Origin: Eledone cirrhosa
Lineage: Eukaryota
Assembly (NCBI GenBank): GCA_964016885.1
Contig: OZ024755.1
Coordinates: 18,414,001 to 18,478,000, forward strand
Direction: 5' to 3'
DNA: 64,000 nucleotides
Each line of letters starts with the position of its first letter. Within the stretch, counting starts at the first letter, position 1. This document shows, piece after piece, positions 39,180-52,210 of the stretch. The notes beneath the pieces are model-generated. The model was given only the letters and a program-made list of their open reading frames with translations, searched no databases and had not been told where the DNA came from. The position numbers and the translations under genes are program-made.

Positions 39180-40210
39180 TACCTCATCCAATGTAGGTGC
39201 AGGGATGGCTGTGTGGTCAGGAGTTTGTGGTGTAATAGGGCCCCCTCCTCACCCATGGAGGGAAAGAGATGGTTGTGTGGTCAGGAGTTTGTGGTGTAAT
39301 AGGGCCCCACCTCACCCACAATATACATGGAGGGAAAGAGATGGTTGTGTGGTCAGGAGTTTGTGGTGTAATAGGGCCCCACCTCACCCACAATATACAT
39401 GGAGGGAAAGCGATGGTTGTGTGGTCAGGAGTTTGTGGTGTAATAGGGCCCCACCTCACCCACAATATACATGGAGAGAAAGCGATGGTTGTGTGGTCAG
39501 GAGTTTGTGGTATAATAGGGCCCCATCTCACCCACAATATACATGGAGGGAAAGAGATGGTTGTGTGGTCAGGAGTTTGTGGTGTAATAGGGCCCCACCT
39601 CATCCACAATATACATGGAGGGAAAGCGATGGTTGTGTGGTCAGGAGTTTGTGGTATAATAGGGCCCCATCTCACCCACAATATACATGGAGGGAAAGAG
39701 ATGGTTGTGTGGTCAGGAGTTTGTGGTGTAATAGGGCCCCTACCTCATCCAATGTAGGTGCAGGGATGGCTGTGTGGTCAGGAGTTTGTGGTGTAATAGG
39801 GCCCCACCTCATCCACAATATAGATGGAGGGAAAGCGATGGTTGTGTGGTCAGGAGTTTGTGGTGTAATATGGCCCCACCTCACCCACAATATACATGGA
39901 GGGAAAGCGATGGTTGTGTGGTCAGGAGTTTGTGGTGTAATAGGGCCCCACCTCACCCACAATATACATGGAGGGAAAGAGATGGTTGTGTGGTCAGGAG
40001 TTTGTGGTGTAATAGGGCCCCACCTCACCCACAATATACATGGAGGGAAAGAGATGGTTGTGTGGTCAGGAGTTTGTGGTGTAATAGGGCCCCACCTCAC
40101 CCACAATATACATGGAGGGAAAGAGATGGCTGTGTGGTCAGGAGTTTGTGGTGTAATAGGGCCCCACCTCACCCACAATATACATGGAGGGAAAGAGATG
40201 GCTGTGTGGT
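39180..40210. repeat. 72-bp minisatellite (~14 units) with 561-bp higher-order duplication
   Basis: Unit tggagggaaagagatggttgtgtggtcaggagtttgtggtgtaatagggccccacctcacccacaatataca; the variant start unit recurs at 39180 and 39741. Confidence 0.95.
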
Positions 40211-40356
40211 TCAGAGAGTTTGTTTTGCAAACTATGTCCTTCTGAGTGTTCAGTCTGTGTGGCACCTCGGTAAAGTGGCTTCTAGTGTAGCCTGAGAGGA
40301 GTCTGGTAGATGGAACTTTAGAACCCCATCATATTATATTTATGTATGTATGTATG

Positions 40357-40636
40357 TAGGGGCCTCGTTTGCCTTAAAATGTGAGGGGGACAAACCAACA
40401 TTTGTTGACTCTTAAAGGGGCATGTTAGTATTGCTTATGGAGCCTTTCCTGGACCCTATCACCTGAGTAAAATTTTACGCTAATTAAATCTTATATATTC
40501 AAATGAAGTTCAGAATTAAAAAAATAAGCTTAAAAAGAATTTATTATATCAAATAAACAAAAAGTAAAACATAGACGTTTGAAAAAGTGGGGTGGGGGTA
40601 CTTGTCCCCTGGTACCCCCCTGAAACAAGGCCCTTG
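40357..40636. mobile_element. hAT-like MITE inserted in (TATG)n
   Basis: taggggcctcgttt / aaacaaggcccttg imperfect TIRs; tatgtatg on both sides. Confidence 0.55.
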
Positions 40637-40643
40637 TATGTAT

Positions 40644-40699
<56 letters not shown>

Positions 40700-40704
40700 T
40701 TGTG

Positions 40705-40751
<47 letters not shown>

Positions 40752-40763
<12 letters not shown>

Positions 40764-40855
40764 TGAACAATGAAAACAAAAGGTGAAGTTTAGTGCTTAA
40801 TCAGTGATTAAGCACTAAACTTCACCTTTTGTTTTCAATTGTTCAACACACACAT
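40752..40855. repeat. Near-perfect palindrome (~50-bp arms, 1-nt centre at 40804)
   Basis: tgttgaacaatgaaaacaaaaggtgaagtttagtgcttaatca-g-tgattaagcactaaacttcaccttttgttttcaattgttcaaca. Confidence 0.9.
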
Positions 40856-40877
40856 ACATATACATAAATATACATAC

Positions 40878-40920
<43 letters not shown>

Positions 40921-41213
40921 AACATATATATACACACATACATATACATATACACACATACATACACACCCACACACAAACAAACAAACACACACACACA
41001 TATATATATATATATAACTCTGTAGCATGTTTGAATGCTCAATGGAATCCAAATACAATGAAAGCCCACAACAACAACAACAACAACAAGAACACTCATC
41101 ACCTGATTTCATTGGACTTATAACTTCTGGACTACATGTAGTTCTAACAGTGTTATTGACCCTACCATAGACAGATAAATACCAGTGTGTGTATGTGTAT
41201 GTGATATATATAT

Positions 41214-43501
41214 ACCAGGTGATGTGTTGCTTCCTTGAGCAAGACACTTTATTTCACATTGCTCCAGTTTACTCAGCTGTAGAAATGAGATGATAGGGAC
41301 TGGGGTCCCTATCATTCCACTGCAAAGTGGTCGTGGAGGTGCCACAGAAAAAAAGTACCCAGCACTCACTGTAAAGTGGACGTGGAGGTGCCACTGCAAA
41401 AAAGCACCCAGCTCCCACTGTAAAGTTGACATGGAGGTGCCACGGCAAAAGAGTACCCAGCATTCACTGTAAAGTGGACGTGGAGGTGCCACTGCAAAAA
41501 AGCACCCAGCTCCCACTGTAAAGTGGACGTGGAGGTGCCACGGCAAAAAAGTACCCAGCACTCACTGTAAAGTGGACGTGGAGGCGCCATGGCAAAAAAG
41601 TACCCAGCACCCACTGTAAAGTGGACATGGAGGTGCCACGGCAAAAAAGTACCCAGCATTCACTGTAAAGTGGACGTGGAGGCGCCACGGCAAAAAAGTA
41701 CCCAGCACTCACTGTAAACTGGATGTGGAGGCGCCACGGCAAAAAAGTACCCAGCACTCACTGTAAACTGGATGTGGAGGCGCCACGGCAAAAAAGTACC
41801 CAGCACTCACTGTAAAGTGGACGCGCCACGGCAAAAAAGTACCCAGCACTCACTGTAAACTGGATGTGGAGGCGCCACGGCAAAAAAGTACCCAGCACTC
41901 ACTGTAAAGTGGATGTGGAGGCGGCACGGCAAAAAAGTACCCAGCACTCACTGTAAACTGGATGTGGAGGCGCCACGGCAAAAAAGTACCCAGCACTCAC
42001 TGTAAACTGGATGTGGAGGCGCCACGGCAAAAAAGTACCCAGCACTCACTGTAAAGTGGACGCGCCACGGCAAAAAAGTACCCAGCACTCACTGTAAACT
42101 GGATGTGGAGGCGCCACGGCAAAAAAGTACCCAGCACTCACTGTAAAGTGGATGTGGAGGCGGCACGGCAAAAAAGTACCCAGCACTCACTGTAAACTGG
42201 ATGTGGAGGCGCCACGGCAAAAAAGTACCCAGCACTCACTGTAAAGTGGATGTGCAGGCGCCACGGCAAAAAAGTACCCAGCACCCACTGTAAAGTGGAG
42301 GCGCCACGGCAAAAAAGTACCCAGCACCCACTGTAAAGTGGAGGCGCTATGGCAAAAAAGTACCCAGCACCCACTGTAAAGTGGGCGTGGAGGCGCCACG
42401 GCAAAAAAGTACCCAGCACCCACTGTAAAGTGGAGGCGCCACGGCAAAAAAGTACCCAGCACCCACTGTAAAGTGGAGGCGCCACGGCAAAAAAGTACCC
42501 AGCACTCACTGTAAAGTGGACGTGGAGGTGCCACGGCAAAAAAGTACCCAGCACTCACTGTATAGTGGACGTGGAGGCGCCACGGCAAAAAAGTACCCAG
42601 CACCCACTGTAAAGTGGACGTGGAGGCGCCACGGCAAAAAAGTACCCAGCACTCACTGTAAAGTGGACGTGGAGGTGCCACGGCAAAAAAGTACCCAGCA
42701 CTCACTGTATAGTGGACGTGGAGGCGCCACGGCAAAAAAGTACCCAGCACTCACTGTATAGTGGACGTGGAGGCGCCACGGCAAAAAAGTACCCAGCACC
42801 CACTGTAAAGTGGACGTGGAGGCGCCACGGCAAAAAAGTACCCAGCACTCACTGTAAAGTGGACGCGCCACGGCAAAAAAGTACCCAGCACCCACTGTAA
42901 AGTGGACGTGGAGGCGCCACGGCAAAAAAGTACCGAGCACTCACTGTAAAGTGGACGCGCCAATGGCAAAAAAGTACCCAGCACCCACTGTAAAGTGGGC
43001 ATGGAGGCGCCACGGCAAAAAATACCCGGCACTCACTGTAAAGTGGACGTGGAGGTGCCACGGCAAAAAAGTACCCAGCACTCACTGTAAAGTGGTCGTG
43101 GAGGCACCACGGCAAAAAAGTACCCAGCACCCACTGTAGAGTGGACGTGGAGGTGCCACGGCAAAACAGTACCCAGCACTCACTGTAAAGTGGGCGTGGA
43201 GGCGCCATGGCAAAAAAGTACCCAGCACTCACTGTAAAGTGGACGTGGAGGCGCCACGGCAAAAAAGTACCCAGCACTCACTGTAAAGTGGGCGTGGAGG
43301 CGCCACGGCAAAAAAAGTACCTATCACCCACTGTAAAGTGGGCGTGGAGGTGCGACGGCAAAAAAGCACCCAGCACTCACTGTAAATGAGGTTGGTGTTA
43401 GGAAGGGCATCCAGCTGTAGAAATCAAGCCAGAATCAGTTCCCTTCCCACCCTTGCAAGCAGGGAAAAGCAGACGTAAAATGAAATGATGATGATGATGA
43501 T
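41214..43501 (+). mobile_element. SINE family B with internal 43/49-bp unit expanded to ~40+ copies
   Basis: Normal SINE 5' part (41214-41320) and 3' part/tail (43380-43501) bracket ~2.07 kb of tgtaaagtggacgtggaggcgccacggcaaaaaagtacccagcactcac units. Confidence 0.95.
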
Positions 43502-43962
43502 ATGGTTTCTTCTACATGGAGTTGCGACGGATAGATAGTATTAGCAATTGGAAAGACCAACGGAAACATTGTTTCCTCGGTCCGATTTGATGAAAGTCGA
43601 TCGACAAATACATGGTTTGGTGTGTCTGAATCTCTCTTTCTGTCCCATTACTTAACGATTCAACAAAAGAGAAAGAAATACTGGGGTGCCTATGATTAGC
43701 TAAATGAAGGTGGTGTTCCAGTATGGCAGCAGTCTAATGAGTGAAACCAGTAAATGAGTGAAATAAATAAACAAAAAGGAAGAAAGCAAACATGTGAGTG
43801 AATGTTCAGTAGCAAGCAGTACTCTTATCCCTCCTTCTCCCCCCTCCTTCACCATCATCATAACCACAAAAAGAGAAAACATAAGAATGAAGCATAGTAG
43901 AATAGATAAAGACCAGATAATTTTTGTAACCTATGAAATTACATATGAGAGAGAGGTGTGTG

Positions 43963-44011
<49 letters not shown>

Positions 44012-44183
44012 GTGTGTGTGTATATATTTATATGTGTGTGTATATATATATATATATGTGTGTGTGTGTATATATGAGTGTGTGTGTGTGCGCGCGTACA
44101 TATATATATATATATATATATATAGATATATAATGATAATTAGGGAACAAAGAATCAGTATTGCATCATATACATATTTAATT

Positions 44184-44272
44184 ACATATTACATATGTTT
44201 CACTGCCGATCAGCTCGAGGTACGATCAATTGTTTATTTCTGATTCTGGAATCGAAAGCTCCTCAGATATGT
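44184..44272 (-). ncRNA. Type I hammerhead ribozyme motif in a ~165-bp insert within (AT)n
   Basis: Minus strand: acatat-CUGAGGA-58 nt stem II region-GAAAC-atat-GUA-atatgt. Perfect stem I and palindromic stem III acatatgt. Confidence 0.8.
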
Positions 44273-44329
44273 GTTCTCACATGTAGACTCACGTCTATAT
44301 ATATTATAGGTAATATGGGTGAAATGATA

Positions 44330-44805
44330 ACACTCACTGTCCATACTGTAAGGGGGGGGGGGGGGGCGCACACTAGTGCCACAACAAAAAGCACTCAGTT
44401 CACCTTATAAGGTGGTAGAGCTGGTGCCATGACAGAAAACACCCAGTTGCCCCTGTAAGGTGGTCATACTGGTACCATGGCAAAAAGTACTCAGTTCACC
44501 TTATAAGGTGGTAGAGCTGGTGCCATGACAGAAAACACCCAGTCGCCCCTGTAAGGTGGTCATACTGGTACCATGGCAAAAAGTACTCAGTCCAATCTGT
44601 AAAGTGGTAGAGCTGGTGCTATGCTATGACAAAGCTGCTAGTATGCACTGTAAAGTGGTTGCCATTAGGAAGGGCATCCAATCATAGAAAACTAAGCCAC
44701 AAATGAAACGTATGAGCAAGATGTGGTCAGCTGACCTGTCTAGCCTCAGTACATGAAGACTTGTCTAGCCTCAGTACGTGACAACCTGTCTAACATAGGA
44801 AAATA
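44330..44805 (+). mobile_element. Older SINE family B relative with diverged internal tandem units
   Basis: ctgtaaggtggt..ctggtgccatg units, then gccattaggaagggcatcc. Confidence 0.7.
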
Positions 44806-45388
44806 GACAATGATTATATATATATATATTTATATATAAATAGGGAAAGAGAGAGAGAGAGAGAGGGACGGAGTGGATAGATAGATAGATAAATAGATAG
44901 ATAGACAGGTAGATAGCTAGCTAGATAGACAACAGCCCATACCTAATCTGATTATAACTAATATTTAAAGCAGTTTAGATTGAGCCCACCAGCTTATTAT
45001 ATAGAACAGTCTGAAACTAAATGATAGTATAAAGATACAGATGAAAAATATATAATCATAAAAAGTTGAGATGGAAGTAATTTACATCTGTCAAATAGCA
45101 ACTGATAAATATTTGGAAATATTAGACAATTATGTCACAGACGATTTCTTTCAGACTAAAACTAATATGATTCCTGCTACAGCTCATTAGTTGAACCCAT
45201 TATAAGAATAGCTAAAATTTGAGAGTGACTCTGCAGCAATAACTATTGGAATCTTCTGTAGATCAGACAGCAAATGTTTTAAAAGGATGAATTCAAATAT
45301 TAATATTGTATCAATACAAGTAATCCATATTATTGATTTCAAATATTGGCACACAGCCACAAAATTTGGGAGAGGGGAAAATCAATCG

Positions 45389-45665
45389 TGGAGGCATGTG
45401 GTCTAGTGGTAAGAGTGTCAGACTTAGGATCATAATGTCATAGGTTCAATTCCTGGATTAGGTTGTGTGTTGTGTTCTTCAGCAAAGCATTTCATTTCAC
45501 ATTGCTCCAGTTTACTCAGCTAAAAATGAGTACCAGCAATAGCTGGAGGTTTAACCCTGTGATAGACTAGCATCCTGTCCAGGGGGTAGTCTTGTACTCT
45601 CAGTCACTTAACACCACAGAAACCGAGATAAGTACTGGCCTGATGGATTTCCAGACTTGAGACAT
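45389..45665 (+). mobile_element. tRNA-derived SINE with CORE-like body
   Basis: tggtctagtggtaagagt (A box), ggttcaattcc (B box), then aaccctgtgatagactagcatcctgtccagggg. Confidence 0.7.
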
Positions 45666-46399
45666 ACTTTAGACTTTTTGCCAATCAATTATATAGATTC
45701 CAGTAGTTTTTTGCTAATTATTTTATCAACCTTTGATGAATGAAAGGCTAAGTCGATAATACTGGGGTGGGGGTGGAGGGTGTACACTTTAGAAACCCAT
45801 TCTGTTAACTGGTAAAATCTTTAAGTTTATCTGTAAAGTAAAATTGTACAAAAAATACTGTTTTATGACAGGGATAGAAAATATTTAAAACTATATGAGA
45901 GTAATACGACCTATGTGTTCAGTTTAGAATAAATATACCATATCTCTGGTTGGCAACAGGAAGGGTATCTAGCTGTAAAAAATTGCCTCAAAAAGGACTC
46001 CATGATGAATATAAAACCTGTCATGAGGTCTGCATAGTTAATTCTTTCTTCAACTGAATCTATCAACAAGATCCCAGACCTTATTTGATTACCAAGTGGG
46101 GTGGGGTGGAACTCATCAATTCGGACCAACGAAACAATTTTTACCATTGGTCTTTCCATTATTGATACTATCTACTGGTTGCAACTCCTGGTAGAAAGAG
46201 CAACATGAAATAAAGTGTCTTGCTCAAGGACATAACACATTACCCAGTCCAGAATCAAATTTACAACCTTACAATCATGAATCCAATTCTCTAACCACTA
46301 AGCCGCACACCTTCAGCTTTTCTTAAACAGAGAAAATAACCTTAAAACACTTGTATTGTTGTTGTATATGTGAGTAAGTATATACTAAGGAATTTTCTT

Positions 46400-46785
46400 G
46401 CATACTAGCAGTAGATGTATGTATTATTGGTATACTAGCAGCAGATGAGTGTATAGTTTATATACTAGCAGTAGATGTGTGTATAGTTCTGTATACTAGC
46501 AGCAGATGAGTGTATAGTTTATATACTATCAGTAGATGTGTGTATAGTTCTGTATACTAGCAGATGTATGTATGTTTAATTGGTATACTAGCAGCAGATA
46601 GGAGTGTATAGTTTATATACTAGCAGTAGATGTGTGTATAGTTCTGTATACTAGCAGTAGATGTATGTATAATTGGTATACTAGCAGCAGATGAGTGTAT
46701 AGTTTATATACAAGATTATATACTAGTAGTAGATGTGTGCATAATTGGTATATTAGCAGCAGATGAGTGTATAGTTGGTGACTAA
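46400..46785. repeat. ~30-bp minisatellite
   Basis: tatactagcagcagatgagtgtatagtt repeated. Confidence 0.9.
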
Positions 46786-47164
46786 GATATAATAAATTCA
46801 ACTTTATTCATAGGAAATTTTAGAATCAATAAATGTTATTATAGTCCAAATGTTGTGTATGATGAAGATATGTGAGAGAGAAACACTGGGATGAGAAGTG
46901 GAGTCAACCAGGAAGATGACACTCATGTTTTCTTTGATCTATTTTGTAGAATATAAATTGGGAAATTCCCTAATTCTTGATAAACTGAGATATAGGGAAA
47001 GCTGAAAAATTATATTCAAACAGGTCCCAAACAAATTTCCCTTATCACCACCGCCACCATCACCATGAACATCAATCTTATTTTCGTCATCAATATCATT
47101 GTCCTACATCCATTTTCCATATTCTAAGTCTTGCTTATATGTTCCATTGTGGCATGGTTTCTGT

Positions 47165-48110
47165 GGCTAGATGACCCTTCCTAACAGCAACAACTTTACA
47201 GGGTGGACTGAGTGCATTTTATCATGGCACCAGCTTTACCACTTTACAGGGTGGATTGAGTGCCTTTTATCATGGCACCAGCTTTACCACTTTACAGGGT
47301 GGACTGAGTGCCTTTTATCATGGCACCAGCTTTACCACTTTACAGAGTGGACTGAGTGCCTTTTATCATGGCACCAGCTTTACCACTTTACAGGGTGGAC
47401 TGAGTGCCTTTTATCATTGTACCAGCTTTACCACTTTACAGAGTGGACTGGGTGCATTTTATCATGGCACCAGCTTTATCACTTTCAAAACCACCCTCTC
47501 TATAAAGTTGGTACCACAACATCCAGTCCAAATAAATGAGATAAATGAGATCGAGATCGTGTAGGTGTCACGAGAAAAAACACACAGACCACGCTGTAAT
47601 GTGGCCATGTAAGTAACATGGTAAAAAGTTCCCAGTTCCACACTGTAAATGTGGTTGGTGTTAGGAAGGGCATCCAGCCGTAGAAAACCTGCCAGATAGT
47701 CCTATATGAGTGAGACATGGTCACCTGACCAACCTTGCCTCAAGTGGGACAACTCCCGTCTAACCCATGCTAGCGTGGAAAATGGACGTTAAGCGAAGAA
47801 GAAGAAGAAGAAGAGTGAACTAAGTGCCTTTTATCATGGCACCAGCTTTAACACTTTACAGAGTGGACTGAGTGCCTTTTATCATGGAGCTAGCACTACT
47901 ACTTTACAGAGTGGAGTGGGTGTCTTTATCATGAAGCTAGCACTACTACTTTACAGAGTGGAGTGGGTGTCTTTATCATGAAGCTAGCACTACTACTTTA
48001 CAGAGTGGAGTGGGTGTCTTTATCATGAAGCTAGCACTACCACTTTACAGAGTGGAGTGGGTGTCTTTATCATGGAGATAGCACTATCACTTTACAGAGT
48101 GGAGTGGGTG
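47165..48110 (-). repeat. SINE-derived 46-47-bp minisatellite interrupted by a younger SINE (47545-47815, +)
   Basis: cactttacagagtggactgagtgccttttatcatggcaccagctttac units on both sides of the insertion. Confidence 0.85.
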
Positions 48111-48318
48111 CAACAAACAACATTCAATTTAATAATTTTCTTTATAATTTACTTCTAAAACAAATCCTTAACCTTCATTAATTAAATCCTCAATGTTAAA
48201 CTAATTACTTCCTGTGGAAGCACCAAAATATGTTTGACCCAGTATTCAGAGTGTATATAAAGTAATTCAAAGGAACTTATTGAAGTATATATAGTAGTGA
48301 TACTTATATAACAATCCT

Positions 48319-48355
<37 letters not shown>

Positions 48356-48380
48356 GTAGTGGTACTTTTTATAGCAATCT

Positions 48381-48445
<65 letters not shown>

Positions 48446-49096
48446 GTGATACTTATATATGAGACCTGGAGATATATTTGCATAAAACAGAAATATAACT
48501 ATCCTAGCTACTAGTGTGTACTTCTAACACTAATGTTTACTACCATCACTAGTGTTTACTACTAATCAGGTAATTAGAAGTTGTGACTGAATATCAAATA
48601 ACTTCATTGGTTACTTCCATAAATATGTGAGAGAGTGTGTATCCCACATTCTATTTTTGGGGCATAATTTTAACAATAGGATATCCTACCAAACACTAAT
48701 GACTTTACAGAGTGTACTGGGTGTACTTTATTGTGGCACCAACACTAGAGAGATTGTCAATGTTCTCGGCCAGACTAAAGAACCCTATCCATCCTACAAT
48801 GTTTCCATTGAATTGCAGACCACTTTACAGAGAGTACTGGGTGTGCTTTATTGTGGCACCAACACTAGAGAGGTTGTGATGGCAGCTATTTCTAGCAGTA
48901 GAATAATTAGTAATTTGAGTAATTAGACATTTGGAAGGATACCCTCCCCAGCCATCTTAAAACTTTTTTTTTCCAACCTTTTCTCTCTTTTCAAACTCTC
49001 CATTTCCTGAAGAAGGACTTATGTCTGACACACACAAAACATTCAAGCAAATTGTAAATAATATATAAATAAAATCGTTAATTTATATATAATAAA

Positions 49097-49495
49097 TAAT
49101 TGTTTCAGCTTTTTGGCACAAGGCCAGCAATTATCCCAGCGCATTACTGGTACTTTATTTTATCGACCCTGTAAGGATGAAAGGCAAAGTTAACCTCGGT
49201 GGGATTTGAACTCAGAATGGCAAGGGCCGTAACTCTATCTAATAAATAATATATACTATATACTATAGTCCACACTGTAAAGTGGTCATGTAGGTGCCAC
49301 GGTAAAAAAAAGCACCCAGTACTCACTGTAAATGAGGTTGGTGTTAGAAAAGGCATCCAGCTGCAGAAAGCAAGCCAAAATCAGTTCTATATGGGCAAGA
49401 CATGGTCACCTGACCTGGCATTGCCCACAACTGGACAACCCGTCTGACCCATGCTAGTGTGGAAGAATGGACGTAAAACTGATGATGATGATGAT
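49097..49495. mobile_element. Divergent pair: truncated SINE A (-) and SINE B 3' part (+)
   Basis: 49097-49238 matches family A; 49268-49495 matches family B with (GAT)n. Confidence 0.8.
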
Positions 49496-50339
49496 ACGTA
49501 TAAACAAATATTTTATATTTTTTATTTTACTATATTTATATATAATATATATCATTTGATATTTAATATACTATTAAATCATCTCTACCGCCCCCTTGGG
49601 CCCCAGCGCTCCCTGGGCCTTCGTCTCAATGCCCCCTGGAGGTAGGGGGGTAGCACCCACTTTTGAGAACCTCGGATCTATAATAACCAATCGCTATAGT
49701 TTGGACATCCTTGTAGCTATTATAGGAAATGTAACAAGTATGTAACACAATGTCTCTAGACAGAGAGAGAGAGAGAGAGAGAGGGAGGGAGAGTGGGAGT
49801 GGAGGGAGGATGGAGATTGATTGATTAAAGCAGCTGTGAATACCTCTGACCTTTTATTCTACCATACATACTCACTCACACACCCCTACATTAACCTCTG
49901 TCAGTGAAATATAGATTTTCAATGTCAAGAATGGTTCGAAAACTGAGTGGAGAGAGAGAGTGAGAGAGAGAGAGAGGGTGGGAGAGAGGGGGGAGAGGGA
50001 GGGGGAGATGAAATAAGAGTAACTGCCTGTGAATATGATTAAAAAGTAAAAAAGGCAGTGGTTGACCCAATTCTATCCAAAGACACACACTCTCTCTCTC
50101 TCTCTTTATATATATATCTATTATCTTTAATGTGTATGGGGAGGGGTAGTATATAAGAGTGGGAGGAGATAGAGAGAAAAGGGGGTAATTTAAAAGAGAT
50201 ATAAGATGTTTAAAAGTCATATTTATTCACCATGATTGTGAGAAATTAATATATAGTTTTCATTAAATAAAAATATAGAGCTACAATAGATTCTTTGTAA
50301 AAAAAACTAATAAAAATATATAAATATATAATATAAATA

Positions 50340-50700
50340 TAATATATAAATAAAATATATTATATTATATAAACAATTCTATAAATAAATATAAATAAAT
50401 AATTTAATAATATATAAATAATTTTATAAATAAATATTGCTAAAACTAAAGCAAAAATAATTTAATAATTATATAAATATAATATATAAATAATTTTATA
50501 AATAAATATTGCTAAAACTAAAGCAAAAATAATTTAATAATTATATAAATATAATATATAAATAATTTTATGAATAAATATTACTAAAACGAAAGCAAAA
50601 ATAATTTAATAATTATATAAATATAATATATAAATAATTTTATAAATAAATATTGCTAAAACTAAAGCAAAAATAATTTGATAATTACATAAATAAAATA
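50340..50700. repeat. AT-rich ~70-bp minisatellite
   Basis: aataattttataaataaatattgctaaaactaaagcaaaaataatttaataattatataaatataatatata, about 4 copies. Confidence 0.85.
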
Positions 50701-51451
50701 TAATAACATTATTCGAGGTTGACTTTGCCTTTCAACCTTACGGGGTCGATAAAATAAAGTACCAGTAATCTACTGGATAATTGCTGACCTTGTGCCTAAA
50801 GTAGAAACAGTTATTATAATATAAATATAATTATATATAAATATAGATTAAACTAAAGCTAAATAAATTAAGTATTAAGAAACTCTCAGAAGAGCTGGGC
50901 AGTAGGTCTTCAGAGAAGAAACCCCTACTCAAGAGAGTGTTTCAGCCCTTAATTTCTTACACTTTAATGCCCCCCCACTTCCAGGCTGCATCCAGGTCAT
51001 GACTCGTGGGTGCCCTTTTGCTGACATTTAGCCATTAGGATAATTGGAGACTTGCTGTGTACTTAAACCTTATGAAAATTTTGTTGACATAAAAGTAAGA
51101 TGTATGTATGGTCCCTGTAACTCCAAATAGAGTAGTAGGGGGTGTTGTATTTATATGGCATTTCTTGGGTATTTTTAGCCTGGTGGAGTCCATCCTTCTC
51201 CAGGCCTGAGTACAGTAGATTTCTTCCAGAGAGAGGAAGAATCGACCCCAATACTAGACTGGTACTTTTTTTTTTATTGACCTCGAAAGTATGAAAGGCA
51301 AAGTTGACCTCGGCAGGATTTGAACTTAGAGAGCAGAGATCTAGAACGAATACCAGAAAAAAATTCTAGCCGAAGTCCTAAAGACTCTAACAATTTACTG
51401 ATATGGGGATAGGGGACTTTAGTAAGTACTTATATGGTTTTTATATGTACT

Positions 51452-51710
51452 ACTGAGATGGTATGGACATGTGATGCGCATGGAGGATGACCGCTGGGTA
51501 AAGAAGTGCCTAGAAATCCCAGTAGAAGGAAGACGCAGTAGAGGTAGACCACGAAAAACATGGGCAGAGGTGGTGAGAGCAGACCTCAGATCGCTGAAAC
51601 TCACTGAGGAGATGACGAAGGACCGTGACAAGTGGAGACATGCTGTGCTAAATAGGACCCGTCCAACCCTTGCAAGCAGGGAAAAGCGAACGTAAAATGA
51701 TGATGATGAT
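51452..51710 (+). mobile_element. 5'-truncated RTE-clade LINE 3' end
   Basis: LRWYGHVMRMEDDRWVKKCLEIPVEGRRSRGRPRKTWAEVVRADL...EKRT* then (GAT)n. Confidence 0.9.
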
Positions 51711-52210
51711 ACTGAACATAGTTGTCTCAGAGATTTGAAACTGTGGCTCAATATCTGATATTTGTATGATACATTCACATTTCCAGCAGTAAACAATATT
51801 ACTACTAGTCAAGTATCATGTTTGGAGCTCAACTGAGTCTCAATAAGTAAACTAGCTAAATGATTTGGCTAACAGTGAAGGAAGGAAGAGGTAAGGCTGC
51901 AGGCATGTTAAGGCATGTAGAAAGAGAAAGGACCCCTTAGCTCCTGATGGAGTCATAGGGATGGCATCCTGACACACAGACTGATTAGAGCAGTTAAAAC
52001 ATGGTGGAGCCCATAATTCTCCAGGACGGAGCACAGCCGATTTGTTTCAGAGAAGGAGAGTGAGAAATAATTGACACCAGTATTGGTGGTACTTTATTTA
52101 TCAATCTCGAAAGGATGAAAAGCAAAGCTGATTTCGGTAGGATTTGAACTCAGAACACAAAGTATTTTTAATCTGACGCCCAATAAAAATAATTCTGCTA
52201 ATTCATCACT

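Noticed and set aside
39205-40295. 346-aa and overlapping repeat ORFs
   Set aside because: A 72-bp minisatellite is open in several frames on both strands, with frame switches; no splice or domain support.
41118-43389. Many overlapping ORFs and a CRISPR-like regular repeat
   Set aside because: Contiguous SINE-internal tandem units without unique spacers, no cas genes, eukaryotic context.
49000-49045. CTGAAGA-aggacttatgtct-GACAC possible hammerhead
   Set aside because: GAAA is mutated and there is no stem I or III pairing.
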